Part shown: positions 1 through 9,519 of the stretch, in pieces
Numbering within the stretch: position 1 is the stretch's first letter
Layout: every line of letters begins with the position of its first letter
Assembly (NCBI GenBank): GCA_003171255.1
Contig: PMYK01000023.1
Span: forward strand, 113,945 to 177,944
From: Chloroflexota bacterium
GTDB lineage: Bacteria; Chloroflexota; Limnocylindria; Limnocylindrales; CSP1-4
Direction of reading: 5' to 3'
DNA: 64,000 nt
Translations under genes and position numbers: made by a program
The notes under the pieces: generated by a model
The model's database searches: none
The model's input: the letters and a program-made list of their open reading frames with translations, nothing else
Told to the model about the DNA's origin: nothing

Positions 1-1
1 T

Positions 2-241
2 GTGTTCGTGCTCGACCGCGTGGACGAGGAACTGGCGGCTGCGGTCCGGGCTCTCGGACCGGAGGTCGTCGTCACCGACACGATCATGACCGACGCCGGA
101 TCGCGAGCCTTGCTTGCCCGCGAGATGCTCTCGGCAGCAGCCTGGCAGGGTGCGGTCCGGGCCGAGGATCGACACGCCGGCGGCGCCGCACCGCGCCCGC
201 AGGCCGCCGACCCTGCCACGGGAGAGGAAGCGAGCCGATGA
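2..241 (+). CDS. C-terminal fragment of a protein truncated by the window edge; possibly 2-phospho-L-lactate transferase (CofD/FbiA) given its position directly upstream of cofC-cofE
   Basis: Open frame from the window edge, stop overlapping the cofC start (ATGA at 238-241); ...VVVTDTIMTD... is weakly CofD-like; assignment rests mainly on operon context. Confidence 0.3.
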   Translation: MFVLDRVDEELAAAVRALGPEVVVTDTIMTDAGSRALLAREMLSAAAWQGAVRAEDRHAGGAAPRPQAADPATGEEASR

Positions 242-885
242 CGCGGGCCAGCCTCAGCCGCATCGTTGCGCTCGTGCCGGTGCGATCGCTGAGCGGGGCC
301 AAGTCCCGGCTCGGCGAGCCGCTCGATGCCGAAGAGCGAGCGGACCTGATTCTGGGGTTGCTCCGCCGGACTCTCGACGAGGCCCTGACCGCGACTCGGC
401 TGGCGGGCGTCGTCGTGGTGTCGATGGACGCCGACCTGCTCGAGAATGCCCGGGCGATGGGCGCCGTGTCACTCCTGCAGGAGACGGATGGGCTCAACGA
501 AGGCCTGACCGAGGCACGATTGGCGGCCGGCCCGGAGGCGACGGCGGTCATGGTCCTGCCCGCAGACCTGCCCGGCGTTGCGGCATCGGCGATCGACCAG
601 CTGGCCGAGGCAGCCGACCTCGCCATGCAGACTGCTCCCGAGAAGTCGCTAGTGGCGCTTGTGCCGGACCACCATGGAACGGGCACGAACGCCCTCCTCA
701 TCGCGCCCGCGGACGCGATCCCGTTTCATTTCGGCGAGGGCAGTCGGGCGGCGCACAGGGCCGCGGCGGAGGCGGCAGGGGCGTCGTATCTGGAGCTCGA
801 CGGGCCGCTCAGCTTCGACGTCGACACGCCCGACGACCTGCTCGAGGCCGATCTGGGCGGTCTCGATCACGAGGTCGGCCGGTGA
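238..885 (+). CDS. cofC: 2-phospho-L-lactate guanylyltransferase (CofC/FbiD), F420 biosynthesis
   Basis: N-terminus IVALVPVRSLSGAKSRLGEPL is the MobA-like nucleotidyltransferase signature of CofC; stop overlaps the cofE start (GTGA). Confidence 0.75.
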   Translation: MTRASLSRIVALVPVRSLSGAKSRLGEPLDAEERADLILGLLRRTLDEALTATRLAGVVVVSMDADLLENARAMGAVSLLQETDGLNEGLTEARLAAGPEATAVMVLPADLPGVAASAIDQLAEAADLAMQTAPEKSLVALVPDHHGTGTNALLIAPADAIPFHFGEGSRAAHRAAAEAAGASYLELDGPLSFDVDTPDDLLEADLGGLDHEVGR

Positions 886-1694
886 AGGGCGGACGCGATC
901 CACTGGACGCTCCTGGCGGCCAATCGCCCGAGGGCCGACTCTCGGTCATCGCGCTTGAAGGTATCCCGGAGGTCCGCCCGGGTGATGACCTGGCGGCGAT
1001 GCTGATAGCAGGCGTCCGATCCACGGCCGGCGTGCTGCCGCTGGCCGAAGACGACGTTCTGGTGGTCACCCAGAAGGTCGTGTCGAAGGCCGAGGGCGCG
1101 GTAGTCGACCTGACCGCGGTGGAGCCGCGCGCCGAGGCCGTGGCCTTCGCCGAACGCTGGGATCGGGACGCGCGCCAGCTCGAGGTGGTCCTGCGCGAGG
1201 CCCGACGAATCGTTCGCATGGCCCACGGCGTGCTCATCACGGAAACGAGGCACGGCTTTATCTGCGCCAACGGCGGCATCGATGCTTCGAACATGGGAGC
1301 CGGCAGCGGCAACGTGGTGACGCTACTGCCGGCCGATCCGGACGCATCCGCCGACCGCATCCGCGCCGCCGTCCGATCCGCTCTTGGCGTCGATGTCCCA
1401 GTCCTCATCTCGGACAGTTTCGGCCGTCCGTGGCGGTGGGGCATCACGGACGTGGCCATCGGCGTGAGCGGCATGATGCCGCTCGACGACATGCGCGGCA
1501 CACCAGACGCGGATGGCCGGATCATGCGCAGCACGATCCGGGCGACGGCCGATGAGATCGCCACGGCCGCGGAACTGGCGCTCGGCAAGACCGGGCGGCG
1601 ACCCGCCGCGATCGTCAGGGGAGCCAACCCGACGCGCGGCGAAGGCCGCATCGCGGACGTTCTGATGCCGCGCGAGTTCGACCTGTTCCAGTGA
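882..1694 (+). CDS. cofE: Coenzyme F420-0:L-glutamate ligase (CofE / FbiB N-terminal domain)
   Basis: GTG at 882 in frame with ORF 114..1694; family-typical ...VLVVTQKVVSKAEG... HGFICANGGID..., both CofE-like; 4-nt overlap with the cofC stop and with the next gene's start. Confidence 0.8.
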   Translation: MKGGRDPLDAPGGQSPEGRLSVIALEGIPEVRPGDDLAAMLIAGVRSTAGVLPLAEDDVLVVTQKVVSKAEGAVVDLTAVEPRAEAVAFAERWDRDARQLEVVLREARRIVRMAHGVLITETRHGFICANGGIDASNMGAGSGNVVTLLPADPDASADRIRAAVRSALGVDVPVLISDSFGRPWRWGITDVAIGVSGMMPLDDMRGTPDADGRIMRSTIRATADEIATAAELALGKTGRRPAAIVRGANPTRGEGRIADVLMPREFDLFQ

Positions 1695-2632
1695 CCGAGG
1701 ACGGTCCGGACGCCAACGCGGATGCGCCGCCGCTCGAGGCCCGCTTCGCGGCCCCGGAGCCCATCGACCTCCGCCTCTCGCTGGAGCCCCTCCGCCACGG
1801 CACCAATGACCCGACTATCCGCTTCGGCCGCGACGGCGTTTGGTTGGCTCGTCGCACCGCGGCCGGGCCGACGAGTCTGCGCCTGTGGACCGAACCGGAC
1901 GATGGGTCGGTCCGAGCCCAGGCCTGGGGGCCCGGGGCGGAGCTTGCCCTGGCAGCGGCGCCGGGTCTGGCGGGCATGCTCGACGACCCGACCCAACTCG
2001 TGCCCCGGCACCGTCTGGTGCGAGAGCTGCAACGCCGCTTCGGCGGATTGCGGCTGCCTCGAACCGGGCAGCTGCTGCCGGCGCTGATCCCGGCGATCAT
2101 CGAGCAGAAGGTCACGGCCGGGGAAGCTCAATCGGCCTATGCCGCCCTGACTCGGCGCCTCGGTGAACGCGCACCCGGGCCGGTCGAGTTGCTCCTTCCA
2201 CCCACCGGGGCCGGCCTGGCCGCACTCCCCTACTTCGAATTTCACCCCATGGGATTGGAGCGACATCGGGCCGAGCTGCTCAGGTACGTCGGGCGGCTGG
2301 AGCCCAGGATCGAGGCCTGGTCGGCGTTGCCGCCGTCGGACGTCCGCTCGCGTCTGCAGGAGATCCCGGGCATCGGCCCGTGGACCTCAGCCGAAGCGTC
2401 TCGCGCCGCCTTCGGCGATCCCGACGCAGTCAGCCTCGGCGACGCCCACCTCCCAGACCTGGTGGCCTGGGCGATTGCCGGCGAGCCACGCGGCGATGAC
2501 GCGCGAATGCAGGAGCTGCTGGCCCCCTATAGCGGCAAGCGTGGCCGGGTGGTCCGGCTGCTCGAAGCCTCCCGGATCAGGATCCCGAGGTACGGTCCCC
2601 GCTTCGCGCCCGGCCACATTGAACGCCTCTAG
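1691..2632 (+). CDS. alkA: DNA-3-methyladenine glycosylase II / HhH-GPD base-excision glycosylase (AlkA-like)
   Basis: HhH-GPD hallmark LQEIPGIGPWTSAEASRAAFGDPD and AlkA-like N-terminal domain; start overlaps the cofE stop (GTGA). Confidence 0.7.
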   Translation: MTEDGPDANADAPPLEARFAAPEPIDLRLSLEPLRHGTNDPTIRFGRDGVWLARRTAAGPTSLRLWTEPDDGSVRAQAWGPGAELALAAAPGLAGMLDDPTQLVPRHRLVRELQRRFGGLRLPRTGQLLPALIPAIIEQKVTAGEAQSAYAALTRRLGERAPGPVELLLPPTGAGLAALPYFEFHPMGLERHRAELLRYVGRLEPRIEAWSALPPSDVRSRLQEIPGIGPWTSAEASRAAFGDPDAVSLGDAHLPDLVAWAIAGEPRGDDARMQELLAPYSGKRGRVVRLLEASRIRIPRYGPRFAPGHIERL

Positions 2633-2731
2633 CCAAGGCGCCGACGAGCACCGCAGCGAGCGCACCCTGGCGTGCGTGAGCGAGCAGCGCAGAAGGCAAC
2701 GAAGGCATCGGCCGGCCAACCGGCGAGCGAT

Positions 2732-3961
2732 TCAGCAGCCTGCCAGGTAGGCGCACGGATTGACCGCGTCGGACACGTTGCCCAGGCCCCACGGGTATCC
2801 GAGCCACACCTCGAAATGGAGGTGCGGGCCGGTGGCCTCGCCCGTGGCGCCAACCAGCCCGAGCCGCTGGCCTGCGGACACCTTCTGCCCGGTCCGGACA
2901 GACCAGCTGGAGAGGTGGTTGTAGGTCGTGTAGAGCTTCGTACCGCTCATCACCCAAACGACGTTGCCACCGCCGGTATAGCCATTCCAACCCACGCGAA
3001 CCACAGTTCCGCCGACGGCCGCCACGACGGGGGTCCCATAGGAGGCGGCGATATCGACGGCGTGGTGGCCGGACCAGAAGTACTGACTGATGTAGTTGTA
3101 GCCCGAGACCGGCCACAGCCAGCCGCCGGAGCTCGGGGCGCGCGTGCCGGCCCTTGACGCGGGCATCGGTCCGCCGCTGGCACCCGGGATGATCAGCGTC
3201 TGGCCGACAGTCAATGTGATTTCCGGCAGGTTGTTGGCATCGACGATGTCCTGAGCCGAGACCTTGTATTTGGTGGCAAGGGAATCAAGCGTGTCCTTTG
3301 CTCCGACCTGGACAAGGAGGCCATCCATCGGCGGGACCAGCAGCCCCTGACCGATGCGGATCGAGGCAGGATCGGGCAGGGCAGCCTTGTTGGCCCAGTA
3401 GAGCGTCGACGTCGCCAGGTCGTACCGACCGGCGATCAGGTTGAGCGTGTCGCCCGCCTGGACGGTATAGGTCCGGAGCAGCGTCTTCGCGTCCGTTCCG
3501 ACGCCCGGAAGCTGGAGTGTATTGGAGATCGACCCGTCGCCGAGATAGAGGTCGCTAGAGTCTTTCGCTAGAGGCCCGTCTCCGACACCGAACTGCGCTT
3601 GCGGAACATCGACCGCGACCGCGATCAACTGCTGCTGGCCGCTCGGCCGCACGGCCGCGGAGGCGGGCGAGACTTCGGGCATCGAGCTGACGAGGGCAGC
3701 CAGCACCAGGAGCGTGCAGACGCCGATTGGAACCAGCCGCTCGACGCCATCGCGGCGGATCAGCTGTGCAGCGGCTCTGCGAAACGAGTCGAAGTGTTCG
3801 GTCTTCGGGGGCGCGCCAGACCGGTCGCTCGTGGATGTTGAACCAGGCGCGAGACGGCCGAGGACTCGACTCACTGAGGCCAATGCCTGACGCAATACGG
3901 GCTCCAGCTTGGGGGGACGGCTCCACGGACGGTGGCGGGAGGCCGGTCGATCGATGGACAC
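2732..3961 (-). CDS. LysM-domain M23 family metallopeptidase (secreted peptidoglycan hydrolase)
   Basis: Two LysM repeats (YTVQAGDTLNLIAGRY..., VQVGAKDTLDSLATKYKV...) and C-terminal M23 motifs HHAVDIAASYGTPVVA ... GATGEATGPHLHFEV; N-terminal TM/signal segment. Confidence 0.8.
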   Translation of the reverse strand: MSIDRPASRHRPWSRPPKLEPVLRQALASVSRVLGRLAPGSTSTSDRSGAPPKTEHFDSFRRAAAQLIRRDGVERLVPIGVCTLLVLAALVSSMPEVSPASAAVRPSGQQQLIAVAVDVPQAQFGVGDGPLAKDSSDLYLGDGSISNTLQLPGVGTDAKTLLRTYTVQAGDTLNLIAGRYDLATSTLYWANKAALPDPASIRIGQGLLVPPMDGLLVQVGAKDTLDSLATKYKVSAQDIVDANNLPEITLTVGQTLIIPGASGGPMPASRAGTRAPSSGGWLWPVSGYNYISQYFWSGHHAVDIAASYGTPVVAAVGGTVVRVGWNGYTGGGNVVWVMSGTKLYTTYNHLSSWSVRTGQKVSAGQRLGLVGATGEATGPHLHFEVWLGYPWGLGNVSDAVNPCAYLAGC

Positions 3962-4124
3962 CCTACCAGAGGATGGGCCTGAAACGCAAACGCGCAGGTG
4001 CCGTCGGGCAACGTCCCGCCGCGTCCGGTGGGATCGAGTTGTTGCGGTGCTAACCTGTAGCCACCACCTCAGACCTCACCTGCGGTCCGCCACAGGACCC
4101 ATTCCAGGCCAACGGAGTCACCTC

Positions 4125-5099
4125 GTGAAGATCGGTCTCCAGGTCCCGTCGTTCACCTGGCCGGGCGGCGACGCGGCGATCGGCCCGACCCTCGCCAGCA
4201 TCTCGGAGACGGCGGACGCAGCCGGCTTCGACTCGCTCTGGGTGATGGACCACTTCTACCAGATTCGGGGCGTCGGTCGGCCCGAAGAACCGATGCTCGA
4301 AGGTTGGTCGGCGCTCGCCTTCATGGCCGCGCACTCCAAGCAAGCCACGCTTGGGCTCATGGTCGGCGGCGTGCACTACCGGCAGGCCGGGCTCTGGGCA
4401 AAGGCCGCCACCACGCTCGACGTCTTGAGCGGCGGCCGGTCGTATCTGGGCATCGGCGCAGCCTGGAACGAGGAGGAGAGCCACGGCCTCGGCTTCCCCA
4501 TGCCGTCGCTCGGCGTCCGCTTCGAGATGCTCGAAGAGACCCTCCAGATAGTCCACGCCATGTGGCAGGGCGAGCGCGGCTCGGGCGAGGCTTTCAACGG
4601 CAAGCACTATCAGGCCGAGAGGCTGCTCAATTCGCCTCAGGTCCTCGCCAGGCCGCATCCCAAGATCCTCATCGGCGGGGGCGGCGAGCAGAAGACGCTG
4701 CGCCTGGTGGCCAAGTACGCCGACGCCTGCAACATCTTCGGCGGGCCCGACCAGCTGACCCACAAGTTCTCGGTCCTCCGCGAGCGCTGCGCCGAGGTCG
4801 GCCGACCCTTCGATGAGATCGAACGGACGAACCTGACCCGCGCCGACGTGACCCAGCAGACGCCCGCCCAGATTGTCGCCGTATTCGGGGCTCTGGCGGA
4901 GGTTGGAGTCCAGCACGTCATCGTGCATCTGGCCAACGCAGAGGACGTTCGCAACATCGAGACATTGGGCCGCGAGGTACTTCCGCAGGTCCACGCCATC
5001 AAACCCAAGGCGATCGAGCACGGCGCGGACGGAGATGGAGAAACAGCCAGCCCTGGTGGGGCGGGGCGCCGAAGACTCGGGGCGATCGATCGGTCGTGA
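4125..5099 (+). CDS. LLM-class F420-dependent oxidoreductase (luciferase-like monooxygenase family)
   Basis: GTG 4125 preceded by GGAG; luciferase-like TIM-barrel signatures (GLQVPSF..., SLWVMDHF, LGIGAAW, KILIGGGGEQ); lies next to the F420 biosynthesis genes. Confidence 0.75.
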   Translation: MKIGLQVPSFTWPGGDAAIGPTLASISETADAAGFDSLWVMDHFYQIRGVGRPEEPMLEGWSALAFMAAHSKQATLGLMVGGVHYRQAGLWAKAATTLDVLSGGRSYLGIGAAWNEEESHGLGFPMPSLGVRFEMLEETLQIVHAMWQGERGSGEAFNGKHYQAERLLNSPQVLARPHPKILIGGGGEQKTLRLVAKYADACNIFGGPDQLTHKFSVLRERCAEVGRPFDEIERTNLTRADVTQQTPAQIVAVFGALAEVGVQHVIVHLANAEDVRNIETLGREVLPQVHAIKPKAIEHGADGDGETASPGGAGRRRLGAIDRS

Positions 5100-5106
5100 C
5101 TCACAG

Positions 5107-5679
5107 GTGGTCAGACGCGCCCTGGCTTTCTTCCTGCCGGTCTCCGTCCTGGCCACTCTCGCCTGCGGCTTGGTCTACGCCGAGGTCCAGCAGGACCTGC
5201 GCAGCGGAGCCAACGACCCGCAGTACCAGCTCGCGGAAGATGAGGCTGCCCGCCTCGACGCCGGCGCCGCGCCCAGTTCGGTGGTGGATGCGGCTCAAAC
5301 CGTCGATCTGGCCTCGAGCCTGGCGCCTTTCGTCATCGTCTTCGACTCGAGCCACGCCGTGATTGCGACCAACGCCACCCTGGACGGCGGGTCGCCGGCG
5401 CCGCCCCGTGGAGTCCTCGACGCGGCTCGGCCGGGTTCGCCGAGTGCGGTCACGTGGCAGCCGCGAGGCGGCATTCGCATCGCCACGGTCACCGTCCCCT
5501 GGGAGGGCGGCTTCGTCCTTGCCGGCCGATCGCTGCGCCGCGTTGAGCAGCTCGAGTCGAACGCTGAGTTGCTGGCAGGCCTCGCGTGGCTGGCAGGTCT
5601 GGCGGCCCTGGCGATCGCGTCTTTCGCGGCGGCCTGGCTCTGGCCGAGAGAAGAGGAGCGGGGCCGACCGGTCGCCTGA
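5107..5679 (+). CDS. Hypothetical membrane-anchored protein
   Basis: GTG 5107 in frame with ORF 4873..5679, just downstream of the previous stop; N- and C-terminal hydrophobic segments; no family recognised. Confidence 0.35.
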   Translation: MVRRALAFFLPVSVLATLACGLVYAEVQQDLRSGANDPQYQLAEDEAARLDAGAAPSSVVDAAQTVDLASSLAPFVIVFDSSHAVIATNATLDGGSPAPPRGVLDAARPGSPSAVTWQPRGGIRIATVTVPWEGGFVLAGRSLRRVEQLESNAELLAGLAWLAGLAALAIASFAAAWLWPREEERGRPVA

Positions 5680-5685
5680 CTGAAC

Positions 5686-6021
5686 TCACCTATCCTGCGG
5701 TGCGGATCGTGCCACCAGCGCCAGCACGAGGCCCAGCGCCAGGGGAACGAGCCCGAGCGCAAGCCACAGGGGCACGACAACAAGCGGAACGCATGTCGGA
5801 TCGCTTGCGCAGGCCAGGTTTGCCCCACCGATCAAGACGAGCACGGCCACTCCATAACCGACGAGGCCGCCCGCGATCGCCGGCAGCCGAGTATCGCTCT
5901 CTCGCAGCAGCAGGACCCAAACGATCAGACCCGGAAATACGCTTATCGGGAACACCAGGTAGGCAAACCCCATCAAGGCGCCGAGCGCCAGACCCATGCG
6001 AGCCGTCGGTCTTGACCGCAT
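5686..6021 (-). CDS. Hypothetical small integral membrane protein (3 predicted TM helices)
   Basis: Second ATG (6021) has GGAGG 8 nt upstream; strongly hydrophobic product; divergent from trxB. Confidence 0.4.
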   Translation of the reverse strand: MRSRPTARMGLALGALMGFAYLVFPISVFPGLIVWVLLLRESDTRLPAIAGGLVGYGVAVLVLIGGANLACASDPTCVPLVVVPLWLALGLVPLALGLVLALVARSAPQDR

Positions 6022-6149
6022 GCCCATTGCCTCCGAAGTGCGGCGTCATCGTGCGCGCGAACGCCAGGCGGGTCAACGAGTTGGACCGCGCGTTGTTGCC
6101 GGCGCAACGGGACCTGCCGTCGGGCGGCCAGAGCGCCTGGCGCGCCCAT

Positions 6150-6166
6150 ATACTCCCTGGGAGTAT
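6150..6166. promoter_or_regulatory. Perfect 17-bp palindrome ATACTCCC-T-GGGAGTAT about 25 bp upstream of the trxB start; candidate operator
   Basis: Read directly in the sequence (8-bp arms, 1-bp centre) within the divergent intergenic region between the membrane-protein gene and trxB. Confidence 0.3.
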
Positions 6167-6189
6167 CGCTCTCGTGCTAGGATTAGAGC

Positions 6190-7284
6190 GTGAACGACAA
6201 CGCCACTCCCAAGACCCAGAGCCCGCTCAGCGGCCTCAACCTGACCATCCTCGCCCCCGCCGAAGGCGAAGCCGCGCCCGTCGCGGCCGCGCCCGTCGCG
6301 AACGGATCCGGGCATCCTGTCGCGGCGCGCGTCGTCATCGTGGGCTCAGGCCCGGCAGGGCTCACGGCCGCGATCTACGCCGCGCGGGCCAACCTCGAGC
6401 CGATCGTGATCGGCGGAGTGGTTGGCGGTGGCCAGCTGATGATCACGAGCGAGGTCGAAAACTACCCGGGCTTTCCCGAGGGGGTCCAGGGGCCGGAGTT
6501 GATGGGCCTCTTCCGCAAGCAGGCCGAGCGCTTTGGTGCCCGAATCGTCGACGCCGACGTCGATCGTGTCGACCTGAGCGGTCGCCCGTTCCGGCTCTGG
6601 GCGGCCGGCATCGAGTACCGGGCCGAGGCCGTGATCGTGGCCACGGGCGCCGAGGCCATCTGGCTCGGGCTCGAGAGCGAGACGCGGCTTCGCGGGCGCG
6701 GCGTGAGTGCCTGCGCGACGTGCGACGGGTTCTTCTTCCGTGACAAGACGATCGCGGTCGTCGGTGGCGGAGACAGCGCCCTCGAGGAAGCACTCTTCCT
6801 GACCCGTTTTGCCAGCAAGGTCCACTTGATCCATCGCCGGGACGCCTTCCGCGGCAGCAAGATCATGCAGGCCCGCGCGGCCGCCCACCCCAAGATCGAG
6901 TTGCACCTGAACAGGACGGTCGAGGAGGTGCTGGGCGATGAACACGTCGAGGGGCTGCGCCTGGGCAGAACAGACGAGTCTGGCGAGGAAACCCTGCCCC
7001 TGGACGGGCTGTTCGTGGCCATCGGCCACCGGCCCAACGTGGCCGCCTTCCGCGACTGGCTCACGACCGACGAGAAGGGCTACCTGCGAACCGACGGCGC
7101 CACCACTGCCTCGAATATCGACGGCGTGTTCGTGGCCGGCGATGTCGACGACCATCGCTACCGCCAGGCCGTGACGGCCGCCGGCGAGGGCTGCCGCGCC
7201 GCAATCGATGCCGAGCGTTGGCTCGAGGCACAGGAAGCGCACGAGGCTCCCCGGGCCGCGGCCGGCGCCGCCACCGCGCAGTAG
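6190..7284 (+). CDS. trxB: Thioredoxin-disulfide reductase
   Basis: VVIVGSGPAGLTAAIYAARANL FAD motif, redox-active CATCDGFFF, second Rossmann motif AVVGGGDSALEEALFL; Pro/Ala-rich N-terminal extension of about 45 aa (start uncertain). Confidence 0.85.
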   Translation: MNDNATPKTQSPLSGLNLTILAPAEGEAAPVAAAPVANGSGHPVAARVVIVGSGPAGLTAAIYAARANLEPIVIGGVVGGGQLMITSEVENYPGFPEGVQGPELMGLFRKQAERFGARIVDADVDRVDLSGRPFRLWAAGIEYRAEAVIVATGAEAIWLGLESETRLRGRGVSACATCDGFFFRDKTIAVVGGGDSALEEALFLTRFASKVHLIHRRDAFRGSKIMQARAAAHPKIELHLNRTVEEVLGDEHVEGLRLGRTDESGEETLPLDGLFVAIGHRPNVAAFRDWLTTDEKGYLRTDGATTASNIDGVFVAGDVDDHRYRQAVTAAGEGCRAAIDAERWLEAQEAHEAPRAAAGAATAQ

Positions 7285-7395
7285 CACAAGCCAGGAGGCC
7301 GCTTTGCCGCTCGGCAGGGCAACCGCAAGCCCATTAGCACTCCCGAACGCTCAGCCACGCTTGTCGACCTCGTTGGTCCAGATCGACGCCCCGGA

Positions 7396-9348
7396 GTGGC
7401 CCGCGAGGTCCGGGCGATGAGCATGCGCCGGGGCATGGGCGGCGGAGGCGGCGGTGGCTGGGGGCTGATGCGTTCGTTCCGCCGGGACGAGTCGGTCACT
7501 TCTCAGAAACTCTCGCCGGGCATTCTGCGGCGAATCGCGCGCTTCGCGAGGCCATACCGGCGGATGCTGCTGATATTCCTCGCGCTGATCGTGCTGGACG
7601 CGCTGCTGAGCGCCGCTAACCCGCTCATCTACCGGGCCATCATCGACGACGGCATTCTGCCCCACCACTCCGGCGTCGTGGTCGAGCTGGCCCTGTTGCT
7701 CGCCGTCCTGGCTCTGTCCGACGTGATTCTGTCGCTGTGGCAGCGGTGGATCTCCGCACGGGTCGGCGAGGGCCTCATCTTCGACATGCGCACTCAGGTG
7801 TTCGCTCACTTCCAACGCATGCCCATTGCCTTCTTCACCAGGACCCAGACTGGCGCCCTGGTCAGCCGGCTCAATAACGACGTGCTGGACGCTCAGCAGG
7901 CGTTTACCGATACGTTCTCGTCGGTGGTCGGCAACGTCATCGGGGTGACCATCACCCTGGTCGCCATGCTGCTGCTGTCCTGGCAGATTACGCTGGTGGC
8001 GCTCGCCCTCCTGCCCATCATCCTACTTCCGGCTCGCTGGGTGGGCCGGCGCATCCAGGCGCTTACCCGCGAGAGCTATAACCTCAACGCCAAGATGATC
8101 TCGATGATGACCGAGCGCTTCAACGTGGCCGGCGCGCTCCTGGTGAAGCTCTTCGGCGAACCGCTGCGCGAGATCCAGAGCTTCGAGGAGAAGGCCGGCC
8201 GGGTCCGCGACATCGGAGTCACCCAGGCCATGTACACGCGGGTCTTCATGGCCGCGATCCTGCTCACCGCCTCGCTCGCCACCGCGCTTGTGTATGGCTG
8301 GGGCGGCGTGCTTGCCGCCGACGGCGCGCTGCAGGTGGGCACCGTGGTCGCCCTGACCGCATACCTGAACCGGCTGTACGGCCCCTTGACGGCCCTGTCG
8401 AACGTGCAGGTTGACATCATGACCGCGCTGGTCAGCTTCGACCGAGTCTTCGAGGTGCTCGACCTCGAACCCATGGTCGCCGAGAAGCCGGGCGCCGTAG
8501 CCATCCCGAACGGCCCGGCCACGATCGAGTTCGAGCACGTCGACTTCAGCTACCCGAGGGCGGAAGAAGTGTCCCTGGCTTCGCTGGAGTCGGTCGCGGT
8601 GCTCGACCAGGCGCCTTCCCAACAGGTTCTCTTCGACGTGTCGTTTACTGCCCAGCCCGGGCAGCTGGTTGCGCTGGTAGGTCCGTCCGGCGCCGGCAAG
8701 ACCACGATCAGCCACCTCATCCCGCGCCTGTACGACGTGCGCTCGGGTGCAATCCGTATCAACGGAATTGACCTGCGCGATGCGACCCTCGACTCGATCC
8801 GCCGCGAAGTCGGAGTGGTCACCCAGGACGCCCATCTCTTCCACGACACCATCCGAGCCAACCTGCGGTACGCGAAGCCCGACGCCACCGACGAGGAGAT
8901 CGACCAGGCGCTGCGGGCCGCGCAGATCATGCCGCTGGTCGAATCGCTGCCGGCCGGCCTCGATACCGTGGTGGGCGATCGTGGCTATCGGCTCTCGGGC
9001 GGCGAGAAGCAGCGCATCGCGATCGCCCGGCTCTTGCTCAAGGCGCCCAATGTCGTGGTGCTCGACGAGGCGACGGCCCACCTCGACTCGGAGTCGGAGT
9101 GGGCGGTGCAGGTGGCGCTCAAGACCGCTCTGACCGGCCGCACCTCTGTCGTCATCGCCCATCGCCTGTCCACTGTGCGCGAGGCCAATCAGATCCTCGT
9201 CATCGTCGAGGGGCGCATTGTCGAGCGAGGTACACACACCGACCTGCTCGCCACCAATGGTGTCTATGCAGAGCTGTACCGAACCCAATTCGCGCGACAG
9301 GGAGCGGCCGACACGCGCATTCCGGGCGCGTCTCTGGCGGTGGACTAA
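7396..9348 (+). CDS. ABC transporter, fused permease/ATP-binding protein (type I exporter, MsbA-like)
   Basis: Six-TM exporter domain followed by Walker A GPSGAGKTT, signature LSGGEKQRIAIAR and Walker B VVVLDEATAHLD; start may be a downstream in-frame ATG (several ATGs within the first 25 codons). Confidence 0.85.
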   Translation: MAREVRAMSMRRGMGGGGGGGWGLMRSFRRDESVTSQKLSPGILRRIARFARPYRRMLLIFLALIVLDALLSAANPLIYRAIIDDGILPHHSGVVVELALLLAVLALSDVILSLWQRWISARVGEGLIFDMRTQVFAHFQRMPIAFFTRTQTGALVSRLNNDVLDAQQAFTDTFSSVVGNVIGVTITLVAMLLLSWQITLVALALLPIILLPARWVGRRIQALTRESYNLNAKMISMMTERFNVAGALLVKLFGEPLREIQSFEEKAGRVRDIGVTQAMYTRVFMAAILLTASLATALVYGWGGVLAADGALQVGTVVALTAYLNRLYGPLTALSNVQVDIMTALVSFDRVFEVLDLEPMVAEKPGAVAIPNGPATIEFEHVDFSYPRAEEVSLASLESVAVLDQAPSQQVLFDVSFTAQPGQLVALVGPSGAGKTTISHLIPRLYDVRSGAIRINGIDLRDATLDSIRREVGVVTQDAHLFHDTIRANLRYAKPDATDEEIDQALRAAQIMPLVESLPAGLDTVVGDRGYRLSGGEKQRIAIARLLLKAPNVVVLDEATAHLDSESEWAVQVALKTALTGRTSVVIAHRLSTVREANQILVIVEGRIVERGTHTDLLATNGVYAELYRTQFARQGAADTRIPGASLAVD

Positions 9349-9519
9349 CCAGGGCTCAGCACTACGCCCCAGCCGGCAATCCCTTTGGAGCCTCTCCCTG
9401 GTCACGTGTCGCCTCCTGGGGGCCGCCCCGGGCCTGGTGGACACCTGGCCCCAAGCGGTAGGCTGCGCTCAAGAGCAACAGCGGCGTCCCGCAACCAACT
9501 CGTGTAACAGGAGGAATCC

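Noticed and set aside
809-2266. 485-aa minus-strand ORF
   Set aside because: Antisense to cofE/alkA; as above.
8023-9444. 473-aa minus-strand ORF
   Set aside because: Antisense to the ABC exporter gene.
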